The position numbers and the translations under genes were made by a program. This document shows positions 1 to 8,676 of a stretch of 31,530 bases of DNA, in pieces. Below the pieces are notes generated by a model. The model saw only the letters and a program-made list of their open reading frames with translations. It searched no databases and was not told the DNA's origin. The DNA comes from Bacteriovoracaceae bacterium (lineage in GTDB: Bacteria > Bdellovibrionota > Bacteriovoracia > Bacteriovoracales > Bacteriovoracaceae), in the NCBI GenBank assembly GCA_041586955.1, contig JBFGZE010000029.1, forward strand, positions 1 to 31,530. The letters are read 5' to 3'. Within the stretch, counting starts at the first letter, position 1; every line of letters begins with the position of its first letter.

Positions 1-127
1 ATATGAGTTCCAACGAAAAATGAGATCTTAATATCTAAAGCTTGGCCCAGACCGAATCATAATTTAAAATCAAACGAAATCGTATGGGACTTTGTCTAAA
101 AGGCAAGGTTTTCAACCGAAGAGCTCA

Positions 128-2995
128 TTAATCTCCTTTGGGAGCGAGGTCAGGTTCATGGCAATGGTCTAGGATCGTTTTTCTTGCAAGTTGTTTTAAT
201 TTGACTGCCTGTGACCAATGGTCTTTTCCTAAATCTTCTTTGCTCTTTTTGCAGATAAGTGGTTCGCCAATAGTGATAGAAATTGTACCTCTTCGCGGTA
301 TCGCTAATTCGCCCTCTCTTAAGATCGATCGTGTTCCATGGATTGTAATGGGAATGATAGGGAGGTTGAGCTCTGAGGCCATATGAAAAGCACCCATATG
401 AAATGGCATCAGACCTGGGACTCGAGAAAAGGTTCCTTCGGGAAAAAAAAACAAAGATATGGCCTTTTCTTTTAATTCATTTTTCAAGAATGATATTTGT
501 TGAATCGCCTTTTCGGGATTGTAGCGGTCAACAAAGAGTGTGTGAAGGGGAGCGAGAATCCATTTGATGATAAGGTTTTTTTGCAATTCTTTTTTGGCAA
601 TAAAGGTTACAGGCCTTTTGAGGACGCTACTAATAACGGGGCCATCAAGATAGCTTGAATGATTTGCGACAAAGACGCATGGACCAGGGTTTTTTTTCAA
701 AATATCTAAACCATTTATTCGAACAGAAATTCCGGCCAATTTTAAAAAGATGGGAACGCCTTTTTGAATAAGGAACCATTTCTTTTGGTAAGGGGCGATG
801 ATTATAGATAGGGCCAGTGGCGGTAGAAGTAAAAAGCTTAATGGATATATATAAATGAGGTAAAGCCAGTTTTTGGTAACTTGTAATATATGGCCGATGC
901 GGCCAATGACATATTTCCATAAAACTTCTACTTTTGGTAAGTGCCAGGAGAAGGGGCCCTTATTAAGGTTGGTTTTCAATTTCCCCATTTGGTAGAGTTG
1001 TTGGCAGGATGCACGACGAATTTTTCCACTAGAAGTTTTTAAAATGGTATGAGGGGGAACAAGGAGGATATCATCAGCACCAACATTGAGAAGGTCGACG
1101 GTCAGTGCTTGGATCTCCTTGATAATTGTTGATTGCTCCTGTTTGGTAAGTTCTCTTATTTCGGCCACAATAATTAGTTTTTCGGTTGCGTTAATGGAGT
1201 CCTTATCGGCAAAAACAACGACACAGCCCTTTCTAATCTGTGGAATATTGCCCACCATTTCCTCTAATTCTTGGGGCGCAATATTGCGCCCGGCCTTGAT
1301 GATGATATCTTTCATTCTTCCTGTGATATAGATTTCTCCATCGTGAATAAACCCCAGGTCGCCAGTTTCAAGCCACCCATCCCGATAGAGTTCCTTAGTT
1401 TTCTCTGGGTTATTAAAATAACCAGGAGTGGCGGAAGGCCCTTTGAACTGAATTTTTCCAACCTGATTAGATGGCAGCTCATGATCCCAAGGGTCCACGA
1501 TACGGACCTGGTGATCTATTATTGGATTGCCGCAGGAAATGACTTCCATACTTTGAGAAGACGATTGATTAATTTCTTTGAATAATCCCTTTTTCATAAG
1601 AGTATTGCGGTCAATATGGTGCAAGAGGGGGCCTCTGCCATGAGGTGGGAAGGTTAGGCCAACTGTATTCTCTGCCAGACCATAGGAGGGGGTGAATGCT
1701 GTCGGAGAAAAGTTATAGGATGAAAAAAAATGGCTAAAGCGCTTAATGGTACTTGGACTAACGGGTTCTGAACCATTAAGTGCTACGCGCCAAGTGCTCA
1801 GGTTAAGTCCTTCAATATATTCTTTTTTTATTCTTTTAAGGCATAACTCATAACCAAAATTGGGGGAGGCAGACAATGTTCCCCCAAAGCGATGAAAGGC
1901 CCATAACCAGCGTTCAGGCTTTGCTAGAAACTGCATCGGGGACATTAATACCACTAATAGGCCATAGTAAAAGGAGAGTAGCCAAGTTCCAATGAGACCC
2001 ATATCATGATAAAGAGGAAGCCAGCTTATGGTCACATCGTTTGTAGTAATTTTAACGGCCTTGGCAATACATCGGATATTAGACAAAATGTTTCTATGAG
2101 TTAGCGTGACACCTTTGGGATCACCTGTGCTACCTGAAGTATATTGCAAAAAGGCTATATCACTGGAGCTTAATTTTTTATTAGGTTTTAGTTGACGAGG
2201 TGACGCGAGATCCTTTGGAGTAAATATTGATCTCATCTCAGGAACGTGATCTTTGAGCAAGTGACCCAAACGGTGAATCTCTCTTGTTGTTATCATAAAA
2301 ACTGTCTGACAATTATTAAATATTTTCTCATGCCGCTTTAAATGTTCTTGTAGTTGTCCGGGCCTCGTAGGTGGGTAGACTGGAACTGGTATACCCCCTG
2401 CCATCATGATACCAAAAAAGGAAAAAAAATATTCCTGACAGGTCGGTAACATGATCGAGACTCGTTCCTTGTCCTTTAGTCCTCTCTCTTGTAGTGAAGA
2501 ACTAATTTTCTGTGCTTCATGATATAAATGTTGGTAAGTGATTCCTTCTTCTATTTCTTGATCACTGTAAAAACGTAAATGAACTTTTTGGGAATTATGT
2601 TGATGGTGCCACTCTAAGACATTTAAAAGAGTTTCGATATTTGCTGGAGGAAACCTTTTTATTGTGTTTTTTTTGCCAGGTATTTTTTCGTGATAACGAA
2701 GAAGTTGATCTGGCGCCGGAGATGCCTTAACTATTTCATTTAATAAATCATTGATTGTTTCGGCCTGTGAAAAAACGTCATCCGCTAGTTCGATTTTAAA
2801 ACTTCGTTCTAAGCGCGAAATTAGCTCAACTCGCCCCAAGCTATCGAGACCGAGATCTTTATCGATAAGGGAATTTTCATGCGCCTGGTTTAAAAGGTCT
2901 GCATTCATTTGCAACTCTCGCCCTAGCCCTTGAATAATGGAGATAATTTTTTCCAATATTCTTTTTTTCTTTAGTGGCGATTTCAATTGATCCAT
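128..2995 (-). CDS. Trifunctional acyl carrier protein / fatty acyl-AMP ligase (FAAL) / PlsC-type lysophospholipid acyltransferase fusion (Aas-like)
   Basis: N-terminal ACP motif DLGLDSLGRVEL. Adenylation motifs FLQYTSGSTGDPKGV, SWLPLYHDMGLIG, YGLAE, TGDLG, KTSSGK, with a FAAL-like insertion (HIDRNTLMKKG...EVISCG). A TM segment precedes the LPLAT motifs NHSSYLD, FVDR and FFPEGT. Confidence 0.9.
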   Translation of the reverse strand: MDQLKSPLKKKRILEKIISIIQGLGRELQMNADLLNQAHENSLIDKDLGLDSLGRVELISRLERSFKIELADDVFSQAETINDLLNEIVKASPAPDQLLRYHEKIPGKKNTIKRFPPANIETLLNVLEWHHQHNSQKVHLRFYSDQEIEEGITYQHLYHEAQKISSSLQERGLKDKERVSIMLPTCQEYFFSFFGIMMAGGIPVPVYPPTRPGQLQEHLKRHEKIFNNCQTVFMITTREIHRLGHLLKDHVPEMRSIFTPKDLASPRQLKPNKKLSSSDIAFLQYTSGSTGDPKGVTLTHRNILSNIRCIAKAVKITTNDVTISWLPLYHDMGLIGTWLLSFYYGLLVVLMSPMQFLAKPERWLWAFHRFGGTLSASPNFGYELCLKRIKKEYIEGLNLSTWRVALNGSEPVSPSTIKRFSHFFSSYNFSPTAFTPSYGLAENTVGLTFPPHGRGPLLHHIDRNTLMKKGLFKEINQSSSQSMEVISCGNPIIDHQVRIVDPWDHELPSNQVGKIQFKGPSATPGYFNNPEKTKELYRDGWLETGDLGFIHDGEIYITGRMKDIIIKAGRNIAPQELEEMVGNIPQIRKGCVVVFADKDSINATEKLIIVAEIRELTKQEQSTIIKEIQALTVDLLNVGADDILLVPPHTILKTSSGKIRRASCQQLYQMGKLKTNLNKGPFSWHLPKVEVLWKYVIGRIGHILQVTKNWLYLIYIYPLSFLLLPPLALSIIIAPYQKKWFLIQKGVPIFLKLAGISVRINGLDILKKNPGPCVFVANHSSYLDGPVISSVLKRPVTFIAKKELQKNLIIKWILAPLHTLFVDRYNPEKAIQQISFLKNELKEKAISLFFFPEGTFSRVPGLMPFHMGAFHMASELNLPIIPITIHGTRSILREGELAIPRRGTISITIGEPLICKKSKEDLGKDHWSQAVKLKQLARKTILDHCHEPDLAPKGD

Positions 2996-3155
2996 AAAGG
3001 AAAACCTTTTTTATTTCTGTAGGAAAAAAACATGCCAAAACCTAGTTCATTTTGCTTGATGTCGTTTCCTTTCTGGGTCCTTTTATCATTAGAAATAAGA
3101 TGGTTAAGAGAGGATTATCTGTTGCACATCAAGATTGCCTATCTTCGTTAAGATG

Positions 3156-3191
3156 GAGACCCCGCCGTCGTGAATGCGATAACGGGGTCTC
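3156..3191 (-). terminator. GC-rich stem-loop just 3' of the 179-aa gene (terminator or mRNA-stabilising hairpin)
   Basis: GAGACCCCG...CGGGGTCTC 9-bp perfect inverted repeat 7 nt past the stop codon; no clear U-tract. Confidence 0.45.
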
Positions 3192-3198
3192 GCTATTA

Positions 3199-3738
3199 TT
3201 ATTTAACGTTAATAATAAAAATACAGTCAAATTTAATTTCAGGGTACTCCTCGCTGTAGTTCGATAGATTAACAGCTCCGGCCACTCGAACACTTCCCTT
3301 GAGATCAAGGAATGAATCACTAGTCTCAATAATTCCGTTCATATCCATTTCTGAGGGATAGGAACCTGTGAAGTGGGTAATTAGATCAGAATCACCGGTT
3401 TGTGGCTGAACAGTCGTCTGGCCACGAGTGGTAAATTTACCTTTGAATATACCTTTTTCTACCATGAAATAAGATGTTCCTAATAGAGAGAAGCCTTTGT
3501 CTACTTCTTGCATATTAGAAATACAATCAGTCGCCTTGCCGACAACCTCATTCGTTTTCATATCTACTAATTCAAGATCAAAGCAAAGTGCTTCATCTTC
3601 GATACCGTCGCCGGTATAATCAGGAACCATACGTTTTTCACCCACCGCTGTACCTCTCATTTGGTAAATAAGAGTTTGATCCACAGCAAAGGCCCATGAA
3701 GTGCAAATGAAAAGGGCAGTAAAGAGTAAAGCTTTCAT
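3199..3738 (-). CDS. Exported beta-rich hypothetical protein (possible allene-oxide-cyclase/dirigent-like barrel)
   Basis: 179 aa, SD AAGGAG, Sec signal MKALLFTALFICTSWAFA, alternating beta-strand pattern (VVGKATDC, GSVRVAGAVNL, FDCIFIINV). The fold is an inference. Confidence 0.6.
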   Translation of the reverse strand: MKALLFTALFICTSWAFAVDQTLIYQMRGTAVGEKRMVPDYTGDGIEDEALCFDLELVDMKTNEVVGKATDCISNMQEVDKGFSLLGTSYFMVEKGIFKGKFTTRGQTTVQPQTGDSDLITHFTGSYPSEMDMNGIIETSDSFLDLKGSVRVAGAVNLSNYSEEYPEIKFDCIFIINVK

Positions 3739-3757
3739 AATGTCTCCTTTGGTTAAA

Positions 3758-4522
3758 TTATTTTAAATAATCGAGTTTTTTGAGGGTATCCTCTGTGGTC
3801 CATACGGCGTTGGATATATACTTGAAATTTGTCATTGCGGATTTATAACCATCGCCTTCAGGAATAATCGCGCCGGCAGTGGCATCAGAAACAACCGCAA
3901 CTTCAAATCCTTGCTCTAATAATTCTCTTAAATGACTTTCAACACAGAGATTAGCAGACATTCCGGCCAGTATAACTTGGTCGATTTTTTGTTTTCTTAA
4001 TTGCAGAACTAAGTCGTTAGTATCTGGGCCATAAATTTTATGTGGGGAGGTTATGATCGTTTGATCATCCAGGATATAGGGCTTGTAAAGGGGGAGGAAA
4101 TCTGCACCGGAACCTTCAAAACCAGCAAGGCTTAGCGCTGATGGACGGTCAAACATATTGATTTTGTGCATGAGCTTTTCCAAGGCACCTTCAAATTTCC
4201 ATGTTTTATCGGTTTTATAATAATAATGGGGGGACACAAAAACAGGAATATTTAATTCCTTCGCCTTTTTAAATAGACCTTCTATATGCTCGATCGTTTT
4301 ATTTTTCATAACGGATTCACTGACAACTCCCCAAGCGGCTCCATTGGGACTTAAAAAGTCTACTTGAGGATCGGTGACAACAAGTGCAACATTTTTTTTC
4401 TCGAGCTCCATGGTTGACGCGGGTAAAGCACTGCTATGATTATCCTTATGAATTAGGGATGCAGAGAGAGAAAGTGAAGCAAAGGCCAAGATGTTCGTTA
4501 AAAGAAACGTCATTACTTTCAT
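3758..4522 (-). CDS. Isochorismatase-family cysteine hydrolase with signal peptide
   Basis: Asp-Lys-Cys triad motifs ALVVTDPQVDF, SPHKIYG and LAGMSANLCVESHLR, plus VAVVSDA. N-terminal signal peptide and SD AAGGAG. Confidence 0.85.
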   Translation of the reverse strand: MKVMTFLLTNILAFASLSLSASLIHKDNHSSALPASTMELEKKNVALVVTDPQVDFLSPNGAAWGVVSESVMKNKTIEHIEGLFKKAKELNIPVFVSPHYYYKTDKTWKFEGALEKLMHKINMFDRPSALSLAGFEGSGADFLPLYKPYILDDQTIITSPHKIYGPDTNDLVLQLRKQKIDQVILAGMSANLCVESHLRELLEQGFEVAVVSDATAGAIIPEGDGYKSAMTNFKYISNAVWTTEDTLKKLDYLK

Positions 4523-4553
4523 TGGGTTCTCCTTGAGTTTAGAGTTAGTTCTA

Positions 4554-5771
4554 TCATCTGCTCTTTTTTAGCTTGAAGGCCATTTTCAAAAATTTTCTGT
4601 ACCACTTATGTTTTCTAAATCCGTAATGCCCACCATTTGGCAAAATTAAAGTATCCGGAGATCGCTTGACCTGACCCTTGTCGTTGAGAAAGTCATTCTT
4701 GGTCGTGAGTATTCTAAATTGGGAATGACCGGCCTTGTTCGCTAATTTTTTCCAATAATTGAGGTCACTGGCCTTTGAGTAAATTTTGGGAATAAGCGAT
4801 GGGGCATAATCTGTAAAATAGCGCCTGAAATTAAATCTCCTTTTCCATTGACGATATTTACTTGAAAACACCCCAAATCGTGGTATTTTGCCAAGGTTGT
4901 TATTTTTATCGTATAGGCGCACCGATCGGATGAACGGCTTATAAAAACCACCTTCCATGACTAATCCCTCTATAAGCCGAAAGTCAGAGCGCGATAGGGA
5001 ACGATCTGAACGGTATTTACAAAAGTTACGATAATGAGCAATCTGACTTAAGGGGTTTCGGTGCAAATATCTCCGGTTCCGTTTAATCAAGTGGTCAAAG
5101 CGTCTAAGGGTAATGGCCATATTGAAAGGCGGGGCAATAAGAGTGGTGTCCTTAAACTGAAATGGATTCCCATTGACTGCATTTTTCGCCGAAATGACTG
5201 CTGCTAAAAATGCACCATAACTGAGACCGATGATACGATTTTTTCCTTTAAGTAACCGGCGTTTTTTTAATACGGCCAATACTCTTTTAATCATATGAGA
5301 ATAGGCCTTGGCCTCATGCTGAATATCTCCAATCGGTTTAATTGGTTGAGAAGTTAGCATATCTTTTCCCCAAGGATTGGAAAAGGTAAAGACGTGATAA
5401 CCCATACGAGAAAAATCCCTCATATAACGTCGGTTTTGTGGATCGTCACTATTGCTGAAGGCCCCAGAGATATAAAAAAGTACCGGTGCTTTTTTAAAAT
5501 TTCCGCGACGGTCCTTGCTCATTGCACTTCGTAATTTTATGCTCTTTTTATAATAGGGATTACTTAAGTGCCAAGTTACGAGCTTACCCTTTATATCTTT
5601 ATCTTTAATCTTAGGGGGGTTGCAGCGACCTACTAATGAGGCGAGGAAGCTGTTTTTATAGGGCATCTTAAATTGGCGAAGATGTTTAGTGAAAGCTGTA
5701 TTCCAAGAAAAGGAATCAACCTGGGCGAAGATACTTAATTGACTCAAAAACAGAAATACGATGAGTTTCAT
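4554..5771 (-). CDS. Exported, strongly basic alpha/beta hydrolase (lipase/esterase-like)
   Basis: Signal peptide MKLIVFLFLSQLSIFA. Oxyanion-like YISGAFS, nucleophile elbow GLSYG, Asp in KNDFLN, His in GGHYG. Very K/R rich. Confidence 0.75.
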   Translation of the reverse strand: MKLIVFLFLSQLSIFAQVDSFSWNTAFTKHLRQFKMPYKNSFLASLVGRCNPPKIKDKDIKGKLVTWHLSNPYYKKSIKLRSAMSKDRRGNFKKAPVLFYISGAFSNSDDPQNRRYMRDFSRMGYHVFTFSNPWGKDMLTSQPIKPIGDIQHEAKAYSHMIKRVLAVLKKRRLLKGKNRIIGLSYGAFLAAVISAKNAVNGNPFQFKDTTLIAPPFNMAITLRRFDHLIKRNRRYLHRNPLSQIAHYRNFCKYRSDRSLSRSDFRLIEGLVMEGGFYKPFIRSVRLYDKNNNLGKIPRFGVFSSKYRQWKRRFNFRRYFTDYAPSLIPKIYSKASDLNYWKKLANKAGHSQFRILTTKNDFLNDKGQVKRSPDTLILPNGGHYGFRKHKWYRKFLKMAFKLKKSR

Positions 5772-5843
5772 ATGTCCCTCTTTGATTCAGATTTAAGAGT
5801 CTCTGAAGCCGGCGGGTCAGTCTAAATGATTTGAAAAAAAAAA

Positions 5844-6323
5844 TCAAAAAAAATAAAAAAGGATTAAGCCGATCTGAATGGTCGAATACTGTTTGGATAA
5901 AATGAGAATGCAGTAATTAAGGTAAAAACAGGTACCCTTAGTCTTCGTATCGGACACCTGTTTTATAATAGTGCATTTCCCTTGGTCATAAAGCGCCTCG
6001 CCATAAAAAATTTCATCTCCTGGCAATGCCATTGGAGTGAGTGGCTCTAAGTATGCTGTAAAGTGAACGGGAGTCGGCACAATTTCGAGTGCGTTAGGAA
6101 GGAATATATTGCGGGCAAACACCGCACGTCCGCGACGATAAGAGTCCATAATGGCCAATTGACGATTTAATTCGGTATTAAAAGGCTTGGCACACTTCTT
6201 TGATCTCTTGTTCACTTGTCGTGGCAATAGAGTGGAAGTGGAGTCTGATGGGACTTTATGTTCCTGTCAGCATGAAAAAAAACGATTTTGTTAGAACCAA
6301 CTGACAGAGAAATGGTTGTCCAT
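5844..6323 (-). pseudogene. Possible decayed hypothetical gene
   Basis: The 127-aa open frame (5844-6227) extends in frame to an ATG at 6323 through two stops (TAA 6291-6293, TGA 6267-6269), giving MDNHFSVSWF*QNRFFSC*QEHKVPS... No family recognised. Confidence 0.3.
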
Positions 6324-6521
6324 TTTAAGTATTTTCCTTTTTCATAGGCCTTATTTGCGCTCGATTCTTAAGCTTTTGACAAGTCTTTGGCCTAACATAT
6401 TAGTTGGAGTTTTATCGAAAACAATAAGTTAACTTTTTGCTTCTATTTTTGGGGCATCAGATTTTTAAAGCAATAACTCTCGAGTTTAGGTAGGATATGT
6501 CACCTTGGCCTTGGAGATTCT

Positions 6522-8369
6522 GTGAATAAGTCTATTGATATCGAAAAATATTTAGGTGCGTTTCCTTATTCAAGAGTATTCTTTACGAGAGATGGACATC
6601 TTTTGTTTTTAAAGTCCATTGGTGATGGACTTTTCCTGCATATGATAAATGAGGAACAAAGCTTTATTGAGGGTCAGCAAATCAGTGATCTCGACTTCTC
6701 AAAGCAAAGTTATTGGCCAATGGATTACGATTGCCAAAATAAGGTCTTTTATATTAAATCCGATAGTCACCATCTTGAAGATATGAACGTTTTTTCTTTT
6801 AACCTTAAAACTAAAGAATTTAATAAACTTACAAATAATACTTATACCTTCGCGGCAGATTTAACTCCCGATTTTAAAAAAATGGTTCATATTGACCGTT
6901 ACGGCAAAGATGGTAATGGCTATCTATCTCGAGTCTATATTCGTAATATGGAGACGGGAGAAGAAATCGTTTTATATGATGATAAAAATTCTCTCTATCG
7001 ATTGACTTGGGGTATGGTTCATTTTTCAAATGACCTTAGAAAGGTTATTTTAAGAGTCGATCATTTAAGTCGCAGGGAGCGTACTAACTTTCTGCTTCTT
7101 AATGTGCAGAGTATGGAGCACTCTTATCTTTTGGCAGAGGAAGTTGAAGGTGCCAATCTTTGGTCTACTGATGATAATCTATTTGACGATTATTTTTACT
7201 TTACCTCATCCCTTCAGGGCAAACTCAATATTTATGCATTGGAAATTGCCACAGGGCAAATGACACCTCTAACGGACAATAGCTTAAATCCACAGGGGAT
7301 TATTAGTTTGCCAGACCGGGGTCTGGGGCGCCAATTTTTACAAGTTTTAATCGATCCAAAAGCAGATCAGTCTTACTTTGAGGTCTTAACATTTAAGGCC
7401 AATAAAGTTCTAAATGTCAGTAAAAAGATAAAGCATGGCAACATGATTCCCTATTCGACTGAGCGAGGGATATGGGTGTGTAATATGGCAATCAATTGTC
7501 CAATGACGTTATTGCGCTATTCCTACGATCTTTTACATGAATTGGATGACAAGGCCTATTTCCAGGGACAGTATCAAGAACTTGTCCATAATCATTGCGA
7601 GTTTTTACATTATCCAAGCTTTGATGGCCATCATGTTCCGGCCTTTTTGTCCTTACCTTTTGGTGAGATCAAGGCGGCTATGATTATTTCTTTTTACGGC
7701 GGAAAAAATGAATATGACCTTTCCATGCAAATTTTTGCAGAAATGGGAATCGCAGTTTTTTCTCCTGCTGTTCGTGGAACTATGGGCTATGGCCAAAACT
7801 GGCGTGAACTTATTATGGGTGACTTAGGAGGTAATGAAATACTCGATGTCATCTGGGCCGCAAAGTTTCTTGCTAAAAAATTCTCCTTAAAAGAGGAGCA
7901 GGTCGGTGTTTATGGTGGAAGCCATGGAGGTTATGCGACGTTAAGGGCCCTCACTATGCCTACGGTTTTTAACGGTGTTGAATGCGCTTTTAATTTTGGT
8001 ATGGGGATATGTTCAGCAGGCTTTGCCGATCTTGAAGACTTTTATCATACTTCAAATATTCCCGATTGGTTGGTGCAGATGCTAGGTCCCTTTGAGGAGA
8101 ATAAAGAAAAATACAGAGAGCGCTCTCCGGTTTTTCATTTCGATAAATTAATAGCACCGCTTCTCGTTATTCATGGAACAAATGACCGCAGAGTTAGTCC
8201 CACTTCTATGGAAAGCTTCATTGATAAGCTTAGACAATCTGATAAAGTATATGATTTATTGATTAATGAAGGAGAAGGCCATGGTTGTCTTTCTCGCGGG
8301 AAAAGGATAGAGGTTTGGCAAAAGAAATTGGCCTTTATTGAAAAACATTTATTAAGGGTAACACCGTAG
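6522..8369 (+). CDS. S9 family peptidase (prolyl oligopeptidase / acylaminoacyl peptidase)
   Basis: GTG start with SD GGAG. N-terminal beta-propeller-like region, RGTMGYG, catalytic GGSHGG, HGTNDRRV (Asp) and EGHG (His). Confidence 0.9.
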   Translation: MNKSIDIEKYLGAFPYSRVFFTRDGHLLFLKSIGDGLFLHMINEEQSFIEGQQISDLDFSKQSYWPMDYDCQNKVFYIKSDSHHLEDMNVFSFNLKTKEFNKLTNNTYTFAADLTPDFKKMVHIDRYGKDGNGYLSRVYIRNMETGEEIVLYDDKNSLYRLTWGMVHFSNDLRKVILRVDHLSRRERTNFLLLNVQSMEHSYLLAEEVEGANLWSTDDNLFDDYFYFTSSLQGKLNIYALEIATGQMTPLTDNSLNPQGIISLPDRGLGRQFLQVLIDPKADQSYFEVLTFKANKVLNVSKKIKHGNMIPYSTERGIWVCNMAINCPMTLLRYSYDLLHELDDKAYFQGQYQELVHNHCEFLHYPSFDGHHVPAFLSLPFGEIKAAMIISFYGGKNEYDLSMQIFAEMGIAVFSPAVRGTMGYGQNWRELIMGDLGGNEILDVIWAAKFLAKKFSLKEEQVGVYGGSHGGYATLRALTMPTVFNGVECAFNFGMGICSAGFADLEDFYHTSNIPDWLVQMLGPFEENKEKYRERSPVFHFDKLIAPLLVIHGTNDRRVSPTSMESFIDKLRQSDKVYDLLINEGEGHGCLSRGKRIEVWQKKLAFIEKHLLRVTP

Positions 8370-8641
8370 TCGATTGTTTTCTGCCTCATAGGCCTAGATC
8401 TTGCGCCATTCATAATGCTAAGTGAAGAGCTCTACTCTATGGCCCACTTTAGGAATATCAACATTTTCTTGTATGCCCCACACCGTGGATGTCGACAGCA
8501 CGAAAAAACTAAGTAATTTCATTGTCTTAGAACATCAGCGTGAATGGTTGGATTTCTCGGTATGGAAAAATAATCTCCTTATCCATTAGTTCTGTGGTCG
8601 AAAATGCAATCAATGGAGCCTATCTAACTGTCGAAGTTTAT

Positions 8642-8668
8642 TAAGGCCCAATGCTAAAAATCCGAAAA
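8642..8668 (+). promoter_or_regulatory. Putative sigma28 (FliA)-type promoter
   Basis: TAAG-N15-TCCGAAAA versus consensus TAAA-N15-GCCGATAA, 8 nt upstream of ATG 8677. Confidence 0.4.
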
Positions 8669-8676
8669 GCTTGGTA

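Noticed and set aside
128..2995. NRPS/PKS secondary-metabolite cluster
   Set aside because: Only carrier, FAAL and PlsC domains are present; no condensation, KS or TE domains in the window.
138..3329. Short alternative-frame and antisense ORFs (138-386, 645-920, 1086-1331, 1271-1585, 2751-2933, 3052-3267, 3129-3329)
   Set aside because: Shadows of well-supported genes, with no motifs or RBS.
5834..5860. Poly-A runs as a repeat element
   Set aside because: Low-complexity AT tract in an intergenic or promoter region, with no repeat unit.
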